A DNA stretch of 32,000 bases from Candidatus Arthromitus sp. SFB-mouse-Japan (GCF_000270205.1 NC_015913.1:1588006-1620005); one strand, 5' to 3'; shown: positions 1 through 9,912, numbered from the stretch's first letter. Numbers and translations: made by a program. Notes: generated by a model from the letters alone, not told the origin.

Positions 1-2
1 AG

Positions 3-128
3 GTATTCATCCAAGGAGGAATGGCATCAATTACAAATATATTAACTGTAGGTATAATCGGAACAAGCTTATTATCATTATATTCTAAATCTATTGTAAA
101 AAAAGGAAGTCTATCCAAAGAATCCTAA
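3..128 (+). CDS. 3' end of a membrane protein, possibly the ECF substrate-specific (S) component (partial, starts outside the window)
   Basis: Frame 3 is open from the window edge to TAA 126-128. It encodes ...VFIQGGMASITNILTVGIIGTSLLSLYSKSIVKKGSLSKES*, a hydrophobic helix followed by a basic tail. The S-component call rests only on its position directly upstream of the ECF A and T genes. Confidence 0.35.
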   Translation, partial: VFIQGGMASITNILTVGIIGTSLLSLYSKSIVKKGSLSKES

Positions 129-161
129 AATAAAATTTCCAAATTTGAGGTAAACATCCAA

Positions 162-1892
162 ATGAAAAAAAAATTAATTGAATTTACAAATTTCAGTTTT
201 AAATACAATTCACAACAATTTCCCACATTGAAAGACATAAATCTAACCATCTACAAAAATGAAAAAATACTCATACTTGGAGAATCAGGATGCGGTAAAA
301 GTACTCTATTTAACTCCATAAATGGTCTTGTTCCTTTTTTTTATCCTGGAGAAATTTCTGGTAATTTAAAAATTAATGACAAAGATACCAGAAATATGTC
401 TATTTTTGAAATATCAAAAAATGTAGCTACAATCCTTCAAGATACTGATAATCAATTTATAGCATTAACATCTGCAGAAGATATAGCATTCAAGTTAGAA
501 AATTTATGTGTAAATTCAGAATTAATGCATAAAAAAGTCAATAATATATCTAATCTTATTGGTTCCAATGATTTTTTAAATTCAAGTCCTCATAATCTAT
601 CTGGTGGACAAAAACAAAGAGTAACTCTAGGCGGTGCACTTGTAGACAATAGTGAAATATTAATTTTTGATGAACCTTTAGCAAATTTAGATCCAAAAAC
701 AGCAGAGGAAACCATTAATTTAATTAATACAATCACAGATAAAAATCCGAAAACTATAATAATAATAGAACATAGACTTGAAGAAGTATTGAAACTTAAT
801 TTTGATAGAGTATTACTTATGCATGATGGTAAGATAGTTTTTGATGGTGAAATAAATAAATTATTATCAACCTCATTATTAAAACAATGTGGTATAAGGG
901 AACCTTTATATTTAACAGCTTTAAAATATGCAGGATGCGATATAAATGAAAATCCAAACCTTAATAACATAGAAAATTTAAATATTTCATCTTTTAAAGA
1001 TAATATTAAAAGATTTTATAAATCATTAAAATACACTAATTTTCATGCTAATATATGCTCTGCCCATCCTCTTTTAAAATGCGAAAATATAAACTTTGGC
1101 TACAAGAATGATAAACTTGTTTTAAATAATTTATCATTTGATGTTTACAATAATGAATTACTATGTATTGTCGGTAAAAACGGTGCTGGAAAGTCCACAA
1201 TTTCAAAAATTATATGTGGGTTTTTAAAACCGTCTTCAGGTAAAGTATTTTTAAATAATAAAGATATAACATACGATACAATATTTCAAAGATCTTCTTC
1301 AATTGGATATGTAATGCAAAATCCAAATCAAATGATAAGTAATACTTTATTGTTTGATGAAGTAGCATTTACTCTTAAAAATATGAATTTACATAAAATT
1401 GAAATTGAAAATCGTGTATATGATATATTAAAAATATGTGGCTTATATGAGCTTAGGAATTGGCCTATATCTGCGCTGAGTTATGGACAAAAAAGACGTG
1501 TGACAATAGCATCTATCTTAGTAAGCAACCCAAAAATACTTATTTTAGATGAACCAACAGCTGGTCAAGATTTTAAACACTATAATCAAATAATGGAATT
1601 TATACAAAGATTAAAAAAATATAACATAACTTCAATTATAATAACTCATGATATGAACTTACTGATGGAATATGCAGATAGATGTATTGTTCTATCTGAT
1701 GGTAAAAAAATAGGTGACGATATACCATCTAAAATTTTATCAAACGAATATATAATAGATAACGCTAACCTAAGGAAAACATCATTACATAATATTTCTA
1801 AAAAATTATCATTAGATGACACTGATATATTTATAAACAAATTTATAACTTATGACAGGAGCACAAGGTATAAAAATGAAGTTGATTCTTGA
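162..1892 (+). CDS. ECF/ABC transporter ATP-binding protein, fused tandem ATPase (EcfA1-EcfA2 type)
   Basis: 576 aa with two complete ABC cassettes. Walker A is GESGCGKST and GKNGAGKST; signatures are LSGGQKQR and LSYGQKRR; Walker B is ILIFDEP and ILILDEP. GAGG lies 11 nt upstream of ATG 162. Confidence 0.9.
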   Translation: MKKKLIEFTNFSFKYNSQQFPTLKDINLTIYKNEKILILGESGCGKSTLFNSINGLVPFFYPGEISGNLKINDKDTRNMSIFEISKNVATILQDTDNQFIALTSAEDIAFKLENLCVNSELMHKKVNNISNLIGSNDFLNSSPHNLSGGQKQRVTLGGALVDNSEILIFDEPLANLDPKTAEETINLINTITDKNPKTIIIIEHRLEEVLKLNFDRVLLMHDGKIVFDGEINKLLSTSLLKQCGIREPLYLTALKYAGCDINENPNLNNIENLNISSFKDNIKRFYKSLKYTNFHANICSAHPLLKCENINFGYKNDKLVLNNLSFDVYNNELLCIVGKNGAGKSTISKIICGFLKPSSGKVFLNNKDITYDTIFQRSSSIGYVMQNPNQMISNTLLFDEVAFTLKNMNLHKIEIENRVYDILKICGLYELRNWPISALSYGQKRRVTIASILVSNPKILILDEPTAGQDFKHYNQIMEFIQRLKKYNITSIIITHDMNLLMEYADRCIVLSDGKKIGDDIPSKILSNEYIIDNANLRKTSLHNISKKLSLDDTDIFINKFITYDRSTRYKNEVDS

Positions 1893-2706
1893 ATATATTG
1901 ATAAGAATTCGTTTATTCACAATTTAACAGGTGCAACTAAATTAATATGTTTTATTCTTTGGTGTGTTGTAACAATAATAACATATGATACAAGATTATT
2001 AATATTCTTAATTGTATTAAGTGTATTTTTATTTAAATTATCAAAGATAAAATTTAGGGATATTTCCTTTGTAATAACATTCATACTAATATTCCTATTA
2101 TTGAATAACATACTCATATATGCTTTTGGTCCAAATACAGGACCAGAAATATATGGAACTAAAACTATACTATTAAATTTTAATAATGCATATTCAATTA
2201 CTGCTGAACAGCTTTTCTATCAACTTAATATTACATTAAAGTATTTTAGCGTAATTCCTATTTCTCTACTGTTTATACTAACAACAAATCCGAGTGAGTT
2301 CGCGGCATCATTAAATAAAATAGGTATAAACTATAAAATTTCTTATGCTATATCTTTAGCACTTAGATATATACCTGACATAATAGAGGATTACAAAAAT
2401 ATATCATTATCCAAACAAGCACGCGGAATCGATATGTCCAAAAATGAAAAACTATCTATAAGAATAAAAAATATGTTCTTTATAATAATTCCTATAATTT
2501 TTTCAAGCATTAATCGTATAGATAAAATTTCATGTGCAATGGAACTTAGAGGGTTTGGTTATAAGAAAAAACGTACATGGTATACACAAAGAAAATTTAA
2601 AATAAATGATATAGTATCAATATTATTTTTCATTATATTAGACTTAATAGCTATCTGGTTGTTTTATATGAATAATGGTAGATTCTTTAATCCGTTTATT
2701 AAATAA
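1876..2706 (+). CDS. ecfT: ECF transporter transmembrane (T) component, CbiQ/EcfT family
   Basis: Polytopic membrane protein with the EcfT-type coupling motif (SKQARGIDMS). It sits immediately downstream of, and overlaps, the fused ATPase gene. I prefer ATG 1876 (AGGAG at 1857-1861) over the track start at 1852. Confidence 0.85.
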   Translation: MKLILEYIDKNSFIHNLTGATKLICFILWCVVTIITYDTRLLIFLIVLSVFLFKLSKIKFRDISFVITFILIFLLLNNILIYAFGPNTGPEIYGTKTILLNFNNAYSITAEQLFYQLNITLKYFSVIPISLLFILTTNPSEFAASLNKIGINYKISYAISLALRYIPDIIEDYKNISLSKQARGIDMSKNEKLSIRIKNMFFIIIPIIFSSINRIDKISCAMELRGFGYKKKRTWYTQRKFKINDIVSILFFIILDLIAIWLFYMNNGRFFNPFIK

Positions 2707-2736
2707 AGGGGAGGATACTAAAGTATCCTCCCCTTT
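2705..2736. terminator. Bidirectional intrinsic terminator between ecfT and the BFD-like gene
   Basis: Perfect 14-bp stem aaaggggaggatac / gtatcctccccttt with a 4-nt loop (taaa). A/T runs flank both sides, and the stem covers the stop codons of both convergent genes. Confidence 0.8.
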
Positions 2737-2941
2737 ATTTATCTGATTCTTCTATAAGTTCTATAATTTTACTCCTACACCTAGCTCCTTTACATCCACC
2801 TCCAGTTGCTCCAGTCTTTTCTTTTATTTTATCAACTGTATCAGCACCATCTTTTATACATTCATTAATGGTAAACTTATCAATTCCCCTGCACAAACAT
2901 ATCTTTGTTAATTTATCTTTTATCATAGTATCCTTATCCAT
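2735..2941 (-). CDS. BFD-like [2Fe-2S]-binding domain mini-protein
   Basis: 68 aa with a C-x-C ... C-x4-C pattern (ICLCRG...GGGCKGARCRSKI) typical of the bacterioferritin-associated ferredoxin-like domain. GAGGTGA lies 7 nt upstream of the ATG. Confidence 0.75.
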   Translation of the reverse strand: MDKDTMIKDKLTKICLCRGIDKFTINECIKDGADTVDKIKEKTGATGGGCKGARCRSKIIELIEESDK

Positions 2942-3042
2942 TAATTTATCACCTCATAAACATTATACACTTTATTAACTCTATATTTCAATGTATAATA
3001 AGCTATATAGTATTTAGTATTTTTCATTTTAACTTAAATATT

Positions 3043-5043
3043 ATGCTTAAAAATTTTAATAATAATGAAAAATATAATAGTAAGCTTATAATTCAATACA
3101 TTATAATCTGTATACTGTTCTTCATTTTAATTGAATTAATACATAGACAAGACCTTAAATCTATATACAATTTTTTAAGTTCAAACAATATATATATATA
3201 CTTATATCTAATACTATTTTTTATATTTTCAAGTTTATATACGTTCATATTTAAAAAACCTCTTATATTTTGTGCAATGCACTATAGTGTATGGTGTTTT
3301 ATTGCATTTATAAGTAATGTAAATATTTATTTTAAAGGTAGTCCATTAATTTTTGAAGATTTATTCTTAGTAAATGAAGCAACTAATATTATTTCAAAGT
3401 ATCTAAATACCAAACTAATAACTAATGTATTGATATTAATTATTTTATTCTCCATTATATTTATAATTGTAGTAAAAATATCTAAAAACATTAAATTTAA
3501 GTTATTTAATTTAAAATATAGGTATTTAAACTTTATACTATACACATTATTTATATATATTTACTTGTTATCTATGGATAAACTTTATAATTATGGTAAA
3601 TCTATTACATATGTACTAAGTGATTTTAATTTATCAGATACATATTTTAAAAATGGATTTTTACATTCTTTTTATGACTCAACAACCTTATTCTTTTCAA
3701 ACAATAAAAACCTCGATTACGATATAGATAAAATCTTAAAAATCAAAAATATGTTATCTGAAAATGATTATAATTTTGAAAATCCAGATGTTAATATAAT
3801 CTTAATTCAATTAGAATCAATATTTGATCCACTTAAATTAAAGGATGTTAAATTTTCTAATGATCCACTTAAAAACTTAAGAAATCTATCAAAAATAAAC
3901 GAAAGTGGAGAAATAATTGTTCCAGTTTTAGGCGGTGGGACAATTCAATCAGAATTTGAAATACTTACAGGAATTAATATAAAAAACCTTTATACAAAAA
4001 TGCCTTACTTAAACTTATTAAATAATACTCAAGTAGAAAGCATTCCTTATATATTAAAAAATTATGGATACGCAACAACAGCTATACACAATTATTTTTC
4101 GACATTCTATAATCGTACTAAAGCTTACGAAAATATTGGATTTGAAACATTTATACCTATTGAAGCTATGACATCAAGAGAAATAAGTCAAAATTTTTGG
4201 TATAAAGATAATATCCTAATAAATGAAATTATAACTAAAATTAAAAATACTCCGGAAAAAGATTTTATATTTGGTGTTACTGTAGAATCACATGGTCCAT
4301 ATAATACGTTAATAAATGGTGACATTGTAGTTGAAAGTAATTCACTTAGTGAGAAAGACTTAATAGAGCTCCAAAATTATACAAATATTATTAAACATGT
4401 GGACGATTTCATTCTAAATTTAATAAATGAACTAAATAACACAAATGAAGAATATATTCTAATACTTTATGGTGACCATTTACCTTCTCTTGGAGAAAAT
4501 CAAAGTACCTTTTCTTCATTAACTAAAGAAGATTTATTTAAGACCCCTTATTTAATAATTGAATCAAATAATAAAAAAATGATATCTATTGATAAAAATA
4601 CAGAAATTCATGCTTATGAATTTCTGTATGAAATTTTTTCAGATTTAAATATAAATTCCACAATATATCATAGATTCAGAGAAATTTTTAAGGAAGATAC
4701 AAAATATAACGATTATGAAAAACAATTAATTTTAGATATAAAAAAACAAAATATATACGATAATAGTAAATTTCCTTATGAAATATCACCTATAAAAATA
4801 GGCAATAACACTCAAATTATAGAAGATATTAATATAAATAATGATGGAGTCTTTATAATTGGAAATGGTTTTACTGAAAATTCAAAGATTTTAGTTAATG
4901 GTAAAAAAATAGATACACAATATATATCTACTAATTGTCTAAAATCTATAAACTATATTCCCAATAATGAGGATGTATTTATAGTTATACTATTTTCAAA
5001 TAAGAATTCCCCTCTAAACATTAGCAATAAATTCATATTTTAA
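3043..5043 (+). CDS. LTA synthase / sulfatase-family (alkaline-phosphatase superfamily) membrane transferase
   Basis: 666 aa. The N-terminal ~170 aa are multi-TM, followed by an extracytoplasmic sulfatase-like domain (LIQLESIFDP, GGGTIQSEFEILTG with the nucleophile Thr, GDHLPSLG). A C-terminal ~100 aa beta-rich extension follows. No clear SD precedes the ATG. Confidence 0.8.
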   Translation: MLKNFNNNEKYNSKLIIQYIIICILFFILIELIHRQDLKSIYNFLSSNNIYIYLYLILFFIFSSLYTFIFKKPLIFCAMHYSVWCFIAFISNVNIYFKGSPLIFEDLFLVNEATNIISKYLNTKLITNVLILIILFSIIFIIVVKISKNIKFKLFNLKYRYLNFILYTLFIYIYLLSMDKLYNYGKSITYVLSDFNLSDTYFKNGFLHSFYDSTTLFFSNNKNLDYDIDKILKIKNMLSENDYNFENPDVNIILIQLESIFDPLKLKDVKFSNDPLKNLRNLSKINESGEIIVPVLGGGTIQSEFEILTGINIKNLYTKMPYLNLLNNTQVESIPYILKNYGYATTAIHNYFSTFYNRTKAYENIGFETFIPIEAMTSREISQNFWYKDNILINEIITKIKNTPEKDFIFGVTVESHGPYNTLINGDIVVESNSLSEKDLIELQNYTNIIKHVDDFILNLINELNNTNEEYILILYGDHLPSLGENQSTFSSLTKEDLFKTPYLIIESNNKKMISIDKNTEIHAYEFLYEIFSDLNINSTIYHRFREIFKEDTKYNDYEKQLILDIKKQNIYDNSKFPYEISPIKIGNNTQIIEDININNDGVFIIGNGFTENSKILVNGKKIDTQYISTNCLKSINYIPNNEDVFIVILFSNKNSPLNISNKFIF

Positions 5044-5070
5044 AAAATAAATGAAAGGATAAATGAAATA

Positions 5071-6627
5071 ATGAAAAATACCTACTATATAACGACACCT
5101 ATCTATTATGCATCGGGAGATTTACATATTGGACATACATACACAACAATAATAAGTGACTCAATTGCTAGATTTAAAAGACTGCAGGGATACGATACAA
5201 AATTTTTAACAGGAACTGATGAACATGGATTAAAAATTCAACAAAATGCAGATAAATATTCAAAACATCCAAAAATATATGTTGATGAGATAGTTGAAAA
5301 AATTAAATCTCTTTGGAGACTATTTAATATAGATTATGACATATTTGTAAGAACTACTGATGATTATCATATAAAAACTGTACAAAATATATTTGAAACA
5401 CTATATAAAAATGGAGATATATATAAAGGCACATATGAAGGACCTTATTGTATTCCTTGTGAATCATTTTTTACAGAAACCCAATTGATTGACAAAAAAT
5501 GTCCAGACTGTAAACGTGATATAACCATTCAAAAAGAAGAAGCTTATTTCTTTAAGATAAGTAAATATGCAAATAGATTATTAAAACACATAGAGGAAAA
5601 CCCATCATTTATTCAACCTGAATCAAGGAAGAATGAAATGATAAACAATTTTATAAAACCTGGACTTCAAGATCTATGTGTTTCAAGAACTAGTTTAAAA
5701 TGGGGAATACCTGTAAAATTTGATCAAAAACACGTTGTCTATGTATGGATAGATGCTTTATCAAATTACATATCTGCTCTTGGTTACAAAAATAATGAAA
5801 AAAATCTGATGAATTCTTTCTGGCCTGCTGATCTTCATGTTGTAGGAAAAGAAATTGTAAGATTCCATGTGATTTATTGGCCTATTATGCTATTTGCACT
5901 AAATCTTCCACTTCCAAAGCAAGTATTTGGACATGGTTGGCTTCTTATAGACGGAAATAAAATGTCTAAATCCCAAGGTAGTGTAATTGATCCAATTATT
6001 TTATCACAACACTTTCCAATTGACTCTATAAGATATTTTCTTTTACGCGAAGTTAATTTTGGAAATGATGGAGTATTTAACAATGAGTTATTTATGTTAA
6101 AAATAAATTCTGATTTATCTAATCTATTGGGTAACCTCATATCAAGGACTATATCTATGATAATAAAATATTTCGATGGATTTATTCCTAATCAACTTGA
6201 AATATTAAATGAAGATATAGAACTTATAAATTCGGTTAAAAATTTAAAAGATAAGGTTACATCATGTATGGATCAATTAAAAATATCAAATGCCTTATCA
6301 GAAATATTTAACTGTATAAGCCTATCAAATAAATACATAGATGAAACTAAACCTTGGATTCTTGGAAAAGAGGAACAATCAAAGGATAGACTCAAAACTG
6401 TTTTATATAATCTATGTGAATCAATACGTGTATTCTCAATTCTGCTAGGTCCATTTATGCCAAATACATCAAAACAAATTAAATCTAAATTAAATTATGA
6501 TGTAGACTCATTTGATTCTATTTCAAATTTTAATGGAACAAAAGCTGGAACCAAAGTTGAAAAAGGTGAAAATTTATTCCCAAGAATAGATATTGAAGAC
6601 AAATTAAAACAGCTTCTAAATAATTAA
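5071..6627 (+). CDS. metG: Methionine--tRNA ligase (short form without the C-terminal tRNA-binding domain)
   Basis: HIGH motif (DLHIGHTYT), KMSKS motif (KMSKSQGS), and one CxxC...CxxC zinc knuckle (CIPCE...CPDCK). Confidence 0.95.
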   Translation: MKNTYYITTPIYYASGDLHIGHTYTTIISDSIARFKRLQGYDTKFLTGTDEHGLKIQQNADKYSKHPKIYVDEIVEKIKSLWRLFNIDYDIFVRTTDDYHIKTVQNIFETLYKNGDIYKGTYEGPYCIPCESFFTETQLIDKKCPDCKRDITIQKEEAYFFKISKYANRLLKHIEENPSFIQPESRKNEMINNFIKPGLQDLCVSRTSLKWGIPVKFDQKHVVYVWIDALSNYISALGYKNNEKNLMNSFWPADLHVVGKEIVRFHVIYWPIMLFALNLPLPKQVFGHGWLLIDGNKMSKSQGSVIDPIILSQHFPIDSIRYFLLREVNFGNDGVFNNELFMLKINSDLSNLLGNLISRTISMIIKYFDGFIPNQLEILNEDIELINSVKNLKDKVTSCMDQLKISNALSEIFNCISLSNKYIDETKPWILGKEEQSKDRLKTVLYNLCESIRVFSILLGPFMPNTSKQIKSKLNYDVDSFDSISNFNGTKAGTKVEKGENLFPRIDIEDKLKQLLNN

Positions 6628-6637
6628 ATTTAAAAAT

Positions 6638-6669
6638 GCAAATAGAAATTACTCTATTTGCCTTTTATT
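6638..6669 (+). terminator. Intrinsic terminator after metG
   Basis: 8-bp stem gcaaatag / ctatttgc with an 8-nt loop, followed by cttttatta. It begins 11 nt after the metG stop. Confidence 0.7.
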
Positions 6670-6820
6670 ATACTTTGGATAATAATATACAAATGTATAT
6701 ATATTTTACATTACTTAATTAAGAATTTTTAAATAAATTTTAAACAATACTATAACTGTTAATATGTTATAAATATTATGTTTTTAATATCTAATAATTT
6801 TAATAAATACCTCTAAAGCC

Positions 6821-6849
6821 TTGAAATATATAATTATTAAAACTAAAAT
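6821..6849 (+). promoter_or_regulatory. Candidate sigma-A promoter for rplI
   Basis: TTGAAA, 17 nt spacer, TAAAAT, about 45 nt upstream of the rplI ATG. AT-rich background makes chance matches likely. Confidence 0.3.
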
Positions 6850-6894
6850 ATTAATTACTATAATGTAAATTTTTTATTTTACGGAGGTATTTTT

Positions 6895-7338
6895 ATGAAA
6901 GTTATACTAACTAATGATATTAAAAATCTAGGAAAGAAAAATGATTTAGTTGAAGTATCAGATGGGTATGCAAGAAACTTCCTATTTCCTAAAAAATTAG
7001 CCATAGAAGCTAATAATTCAAATTTAAATACACTAAATTACCATAAAGAGATGGAACGTCAGGCACACATCGAAAAAATTGAAGAATTTCAAAAAATAGC
7101 AAATAATTTAAGAGGAAAAGAAATTATAATAAATACAAAACTTGGAAATAATGGAAAACTATTTGGTACAATTACATCTAAAGATATTTGTAATAAAATA
7201 AACTCAAAATTCAACTTAAATATAGACAAAAAGAAAATATCGTTTGAACAAGTTAAATCATTGGGAAATTATCCAATCTCCATAAAATTATGTACAGAGG
7301 TTTCGGTTAACATGATATTAAAAGTTATTAGTGAATAA
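6895..7338 (+). CDS. rplI: 50S ribosomal protein L9
   Basis: The N-terminus MKVILTNDIKNLGKKNDLVEVSDGYARNFLFPKKLA is the canonical L9 signature. GGAGG lies 7 nt upstream. Confidence 0.95.
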   Translation: MKVILTNDIKNLGKKNDLVEVSDGYARNFLFPKKLAIEANNSNLNTLNYHKEMERQAHIEKIEEFQKIANNLRGKEIIINTKLGNNGKLFGTITSKDICNKINSKFNLNIDKKKISFEQVKSLGNYPISIKLCTEVSVNMILKVISE

Positions 7339-7384
7339 TTTTTAACTTAATTTAATTTTTATTAAATAATAAGGGGGAGATAAT

Positions 7385-9307
7385 TTGAATTCTAATGTTA
7401 CAATTGATGAAATTGAGAAACTAATTGAAGAAAGTAATAATATTGAATTTAGAGTTAATGTTTTATATGAAATGCTTGAAAAATTATTCGATAAAAATAC
7501 CATTAATAGTAGAATTTCTAAATTTAAATTACCAAAATATATTTCAAGTAAAAATATTAATGAAAAACTTTATAGCATAAATGTAATTGCTAGTAATGGA
7601 AAATCCTTAATTGACGTTCCTTCTTATGATGAATTAGAAAAAGTTTATTTAATTACCAAGGATATTATAGTTGAAGAAATCAGTCGCAGATACATTCAAA
7701 GTAAAATTGAAAATGAAGTTGAAGATATATTAAATGAAAAACAAGATAAATATATTGATGAAATAAAACTACAAATCATTAAAAAAAATAAAGGTCCAGA
7801 AAATACCAAAACTCTAAAAAAATATGCCCAACTTGAGATGCTCAATAAAAAACAATTAAATAAAAGTATACAACATCTTTTAAGACCTAAATCATTTGAT
7901 GAAATAATAGGTCAAGATAGACCTATTAAAGCATTGATTTCAAAACTTACTTCTGAATATCCTCAACATATATTAATTTATGGACCACCCGGGGTAGGTA
8001 AAACTTCTGCAGCTAGACTTGCTCTAGAAGAAGCTAAAAAATTTGATTTTACTCCATTTAATAATAAATCAAATTTCATAGAAGTTAATGGAACAACATT
8101 AAGATGGGATCCAAGAGAAGTTACAAATCCTCTTTTAGGATCTGTTCATGATCCAATTTATCAAGGTAGTAAAAAAGACTTAGCAGAAATAGGAATACCT
8201 GAACCAAAACCAGGACTTGTTACAGATGCACATGGTGGAGTATTATTTATAGATGAAATCGGTGAACTTGATTTAATATTACAAAACAAATTATTGAAGG
8301 TACTTGAAGATAAGAAAGTAGAATTTTCATCAGCATATTATGATCCAGATGATGAGAATATACCTAAATACATTAAATTTTTATTTGATAATGGAGCACC
8401 TGCAGATTTTATATTAATCGGTGCTACTACCCGTGAACCACATGAAATAAATCCTGCTCTTAGATCCAGATGTACCGAAGTATTTTTTGAACCTCTAACA
8501 TCAACTGATATAGAAAAAATTGTAGTAAATTCCGCTAAAAAATTAAATATAACATTAAAAGATGATGTACCGTCAATAATAAGCGAACATTGTATAGAAG
8601 GTAGGAAAGCAACAAGTATAATAAGTGACGCATATGGTTATGCGATATACAAGAACAAAGGAAATAAAAATTCAAATATTGTGATAACAAAAGATATAGT
8701 AAAGGAAGTTTTATCATTATCTCGTATTTCTCCTTTTGTAGAGAAAAATAAAATAGAAGATCCTAAAGTTGGTTTAATAAAAGGACTTGGAGTTAATGGA
8801 TTTTTAGGTTCCGTTTTAAATTTTGAATGTGAAACTTTTAAAGCCAAAAATCCCTCAAAAGGCAAACTTAGATTCAATGAAACAGCTGGTTCTATGGCAA
8901 AAGATTCAGTATTCAATGCCTCAACCGTTATACGTAAGCTTACTGGTCTAGATTTAAACGACTATGATATACATTTAAATGCTATAGGTGGTGGTAAAAT
9001 TGATGGTCCATCTGCAGGAGTTGCGGTAACTATATGTATATTAAGTTCTATTTTAAATAAACCAGTACCTCAAAATATAGCCATAACAGGTGAAATATCA
9101 ATTAAAGGAAACATTAAAAAAGTTGGAGGTATATTTGAAAAGATATATGCTGCAAGAAAAAGTGGATTAAAACATATCATAATCCCAAAAGAAAATGAAA
9201 ATGATATTCCTAAAAATATAAAAGATATTAACATTATTTGTTCAGATAATATTAATGATATTATAAAATTTATATTTAAAGATCCTTCCTTAGTTAATAT
9301 TATTTAA
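7385..9307 (+). CDS. Lon-family ATP-dependent protease (LonB/LonC-like; AAA+ plus S16 protease domain)
   Basis: TTG start with AAGGGGGAGA upstream. Walker A is GPPGVGKTS and Walker B is VLFIDEIGEL. The C-terminal Lon protease domain has the catalytic Ser in DGPSAGVAV and the Lys in GGIFEKIYAARKSG. The rplI-lon-dnaB order is common in Clostridia. Confidence 0.9.
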   Translation: MNSNVTIDEIEKLIEESNNIEFRVNVLYEMLEKLFDKNTINSRISKFKLPKYISSKNINEKLYSINVIASNGKSLIDVPSYDELEKVYLITKDIIVEEISRRYIQSKIENEVEDILNEKQDKYIDEIKLQIIKKNKGPENTKTLKKYAQLEMLNKKQLNKSIQHLLRPKSFDEIIGQDRPIKALISKLTSEYPQHILIYGPPGVGKTSAARLALEEAKKFDFTPFNNKSNFIEVNGTTLRWDPREVTNPLLGSVHDPIYQGSKKDLAEIGIPEPKPGLVTDAHGGVLFIDEIGELDLILQNKLLKVLEDKKVEFSSAYYDPDDENIPKYIKFLFDNGAPADFILIGATTREPHEINPALRSRCTEVFFEPLTSTDIEKIVVNSAKKLNITLKDDVPSIISEHCIEGRKATSIISDAYGYAIYKNKGNKNSNIVITKDIVKEVLSLSRISPFVEKNKIEDPKVGLIKGLGVNGFLGSVLNFECETFKAKNPSKGKLRFNETAGSMAKDSVFNASTVIRKLTGLDLNDYDIHLNAIGGGKIDGPSAGVAVTICILSSILNKPVPQNIAITGEISIKGNIKKVGGIFEKIYAARKSGLKHIIIPKENENDIPKNIKDINIICSDNINDIIKFIFKDPSLVNII

Positions 9308-9310
9308 GGT

Positions 9311-9853
9311 TTAAAAATTTGGAGGAGTACTTACCCAGATGACACATGCCTCAATATGATTAGATGTATTCTCTATATAGTGATCTGTTTCTGGTGAAAA
9401 ATAAAAGGACTCTCCTTTTTTTACCCTTATCTTCCTATTTCCCAAATTTAAATAAATACTTCCTGAAATAACATATCCAAACTCTTCTCCTTCATGTGGA
9501 TCTTCTTTAAATGTTTTTCCTCCACCCTTCAAATACACTATAATAGGTTCCATTCTATTTTTCTGAGAATTTGGAACAATCCAATGTATATCATGTTTTA
9601 ATTCTTCATTATTAGTTATAAAAAAATCATTCTTACCAAAACATATTTTCTCATTATCTTCCTGACTAAAAAATTCTTTTAAATTAGTTCCTAAACACTC
9701 TAAAATATCCACAAGTGTAGCTATTGAAGGTGAAGTTAAATCCCTTTCTAATTGAGATATAAATCCTTTAGATAATTCACTTCTATCTGCCAATTCTTCC
9801 TGAGTAAGACCATTTTTAATTCTTAAATGTTTTATTTTTTTACCGATCTTCAT
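9311..9853 (-). CDS. XRE-family HTH transcriptional regulator with a C-terminal cupin domain
   Basis: N-terminal HTH_3 (IKHLRIKNGLTQEELADRSELSKGFISQLERD) plus a cupin barrel (GEEFGYVISGSIYLNLG...GESFYF). I prefer ATG 9853, where the GGAG inside the upstream ATGGAG is spaced 6 nt away, over the track start at 9865. Confidence 0.85.
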   Translation of the reverse strand: MKIGKKIKHLRIKNGLTQEELADRSELSKGFISQLERDLTSPSIATLVDILECLGTNLKEFFSQEDNEKICFGKNDFFITNNEELKHDIHWIVPNSQKNRMEPIIVYLKGGGKTFKEDPHEGEEFGYVISGSIYLNLGNRKIRVKKGESFYFSPETDHYIENTSNHIEACVIWVSTPPNF

Positions 9854-9883
9854 TACAAACTCCATATAAAAAATTAATAAATA

Positions 9884-9900
9884 TTAAACTTAAAGTTTAA
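9884..9900. promoter_or_regulatory. Candidate operator: 17-nt perfect palindrome in the XRE-cupin 5' leader
   Basis: ttaaactt-a-aagtttaa is a perfect inverted repeat. It lies just downstream of the predicted minus-strand transcription start and 31 nt upstream of the regulator ATG. Confidence 0.35.
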
Positions 9901-9912
9901 AATAGTAAACTT

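Noticed and set aside
5044-5070. T-box leader upstream of metG.
   Set aside because: Only 27 nt separate the ltaS-like stop from the metG start. That is far too short for a T-box riboswitch, so metG appears to be co-transcribed with the upstream gene.
6636-6722. 28-codon ORF ATGCAAATAGAA... (MQIEITLFAFYYTLDNNIQMYIYFTLLN) after metG.
   Set aside because: It has no SD, it overlaps the metG terminator hairpin, and the translation is low-complexity. It is most likely a chance ORF.
7385-9865. Lon-like protease plus an adjacent HTH regulator as a possible phage-defence module (BrxL-like).
   Set aside because: The rplI / Lon-like protease / dnaB order is conserved housekeeping synteny in Clostridia. 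The regulator is convergent rather than co-transcribed, and no other defence-type genes (methylase, nuclease, PglZ and so on) are present.
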